From an uncultured bacterium (lineage in GTDB: Bacteria > Fidelibacterota > Marinisomatia > Marinisomatales > UBA1611), in contig CBFIBM010000005.1 of the NCBI GenBank assembly GCA_965660855.1, forward strand, positions 33,466-97,465: a stretch of DNA of 64,000 nt. Direction: 5' to 3'. Shown here one piece after another: positions 62,359 through 64,000 of the stretch (the stretch's first letter is position 1; every line of letters starts with the position of its first letter). The notes under the pieces are model-generated. The model saw nothing but the letters and a program-made list of their open reading frames with translations, searched no databases and was not told where the DNA came from. The position numbers were made by a program, and so were the translations under genes.

Positions 62359-62387
62359 ATTCTAAACCATAGATACAAAAATTGCAA
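62359..62387 (-). promoter_or_regulatory. Putative sigma70-type promoter for porin-amt-glnK
   Basis: On the minus strand TTGCAA-N17-TAGAAT, about 85 bp upstream of the porin ATG. Confidence 0.5.
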
Positions 62388-62489
62388 GTCTTATTATTTA
62401 AAGCTTATTATCTATATTTATTTAAAATAAAATAAATTTATTTATATTATGTTAATATATTTAAGTATATGCGAGTTATATATAAATTA

Positions 62490-64000
62490 TCATTCATTAA
62501 GTAAAACATTAATTCTATCAGAAGTTTGCAAGCTGTAAATTTCATCAAGGTTTATAATATCCATTGCTTTAGGTTTAATTTTTTTAAAGTTATCTTTCTC
62601 AAAATTCCAGTTATTGATCACCTTTTTACCAAGGCTAGAATCAGTATGAAAAACGTGATTTCTTAAAAACCTTAGTATTAAGTTTTTATCTTTTAATTTT
62701 AATTCATCTTCATAAACAAAATTATAATTTAATTGATTTTTCAGGCTTTTATTTTTTGAATAAATATAAGAGATTCCACCCGTCATACCAGCTCCAAAAT
62801 TCTTTCCAATATTTCCTAAAATAATTATAGTACCCTGTGTCATGTATTCACACCCATGATTTCCAATACCTTCAATTACTCCACAAGCACCACTGTTTCT
62901 AACACCAAATCTTTCTCCAGCCTGTCCAGCTATATATACATTACCACCTGTGGCTCCATATAAGGCCACATTTCCAATTACAGTATGATCTTTATTCTGC
63001 TTTCTAATTTTATCGGGCATTCTTATTGTTATCAAACCCGAGGACATGCCTTTCCCAACGTAATCATTAGCAACACCCTTCAGTCTAAGTTCAATATTAT
63101 TTCCCAAATATGCACCAAAACTTTGTCCCGCAGTACCAAAAAGCCTACATTGTATACTACCCTTAAAATTTTGTTTACCAAATAAAAAGGCTATTTCTCC
63201 AGATAAACGAGTACCTATAGATCTATTTGTATTGTTAATATTTTTATAAACCACACCATGTCCATGTGTTAATATTTCAGACCTTATTTCTGTAAAAATT
63301 TCTTCATCAATGCTAGATGTTCTTCTCTGTTTACTGAATCTTACTTTTAACTCTGATTTAAGAGGCAAACCATTTTTAGCATTTGGATTTAATATGTTAT
63401 TCAAATTTATATTTTGATTTTTTATATAGTTTTTAAAATCTTTATTAATTTTCAATAAATCACTTCTTCCAATAACACTTTGAATCTCTTTATACCCTAG
63501 ACTTGCCAAATCCATTTGAATGTCTTTAGCTATATTTTCTAAATATTTACTTAAATTTTCTGAACTCCCTTTATACTTTTCAAGATATTTTTCATCCTGA
63601 GTTGCTATTCCTTTAGGACAATTATTTAAATGACATTTTCTTGCCATCACACACCCCAGTGCAACAAGAGCTGAAGTACCAAAGTCAAATTCTTCAGCAC
63701 CTAACATAGCAGCTACCAAAATGTCTTTAGACCACTTTAAACCACCATCAACACGTAATGTGACTTGATCACGTAAATCATTAGCTGTTAAAACTTGATG
63801 AGTTTCAGCTAGGCCATATTCCCAAGGAAAACCAGCATGTTTTAATGAACCTAGGGGACTAGCTCCTGTTCCTCCATCATAACCAGAGATTAAAATGATA
63901 TCAGCACCAGCTTTTACCACACCTGATGCTACTGTTCCAATACCCGGTTGAGCGACTAATTTTACACTAACTTTTGCACGAGAATTTGCTTCTTTTAAAT
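62490..64000 (-). CDS. gltB: Glutamate synthase large subunit, 3' part (5' end outside the window)
   Basis: The frame continues upstream of 63920 (ANSRAKVSVKLVAQPGIGTVASG). Motifs SGYDGGTGASP, 3Fe-4S CVMARKCHLNNCP, AGQSFGA, ANDYVGKG, AGERFGVRNSG, HGCEYMT. Confidence 0.96.
   Translation of the reverse strand, partial: LKEANSRAKVSVKLVAQPGIGTVASGVVKAGADIILISGYDGGTGASPLGSLKHAGFPWEYGLAETHQVLTANDLRDQVTLRVDGGLKWSKDILVAAMLGAEEFDFGTSALVALGCVMARKCHLNNCPKGIATQDEKYLEKYKGSSENLSKYLENIAKDIQMDLASLGYKEIQSVIGRSDLLKINKDFKNYIKNQNINLNNILNPNAKNGLPLKSELKVRFSKQRRTSSIDEEIFTEIRSEILTHGHGVVYKNINNTNRSIGTRLSGEIAFLFGKQNFKGSIQCRLFGTAGQSFGAYLGNNIELRLKGVANDYVGKGMSSGLITIRMPDKIRKQNKDHTVIGNVALYGATGGNVYIAGQAGERFGVRNSGACGVIEGIGNHGCEYMTQGTIIILGNIGKNFGAGMTGGISYIYSKNKSLKNQLNYNFVYEDELKLKDKNLILRFLRNHVFHTDSSLGKKVINNWNFEKDNFKKIKPKAMDIINLDEIYSLQTSDRINVLLNE

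Overview
A 64-kb, very AT-rich (by eye under about 30% GC), gene-dense chromosomal segment made almost entirely of housekeeping and envelope genes in standard code 11. Gene content and protein style suggest an FCB-group-related marine bacterium, most plausibly Marinimicrobia/Marinisomatota (inference, not verified). Core genes are accA, lepA, lgt, nadE, asnS, lptE, uvrB, uvrC, trkA, trkH, murA, recN, acpS, pgk-tpiA-secG, gdhA, tRNA-Leu(GAG) and tRNA-Met(CAT). A nitrogen cluster (partial gltB, TorF-like porin, amt, an atypical P-II) lies at the right end. I saw no mobile element, prophage or CRISPR array. The most important item the ORF track missed is a probable selenoprotein at 8830..9861 (-): a lipoprotein thioredoxin-fold/TPR protein with an in-frame UGA in a W-U-T-W-C (UxxC) active site, followed directly by a GC-rich SECIS-like hairpin. 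Other leads are a secreted protein with a 14-residue repeat packed with D-S/T-x sequons (Bacteroidota-type O-glycosylation motif), an envelope operon joining a giant SprA-motif beta-barrel, an Omp85 barrel, a lipoprotein and lipid-linked glycosylation enzymes, a receiver/PPDK_N fusion next to gdhA, a P-II lacking Q39 and Y51, an LptE with a DxDxDG insert, and a gene that appears to use a non-canonical start codon.
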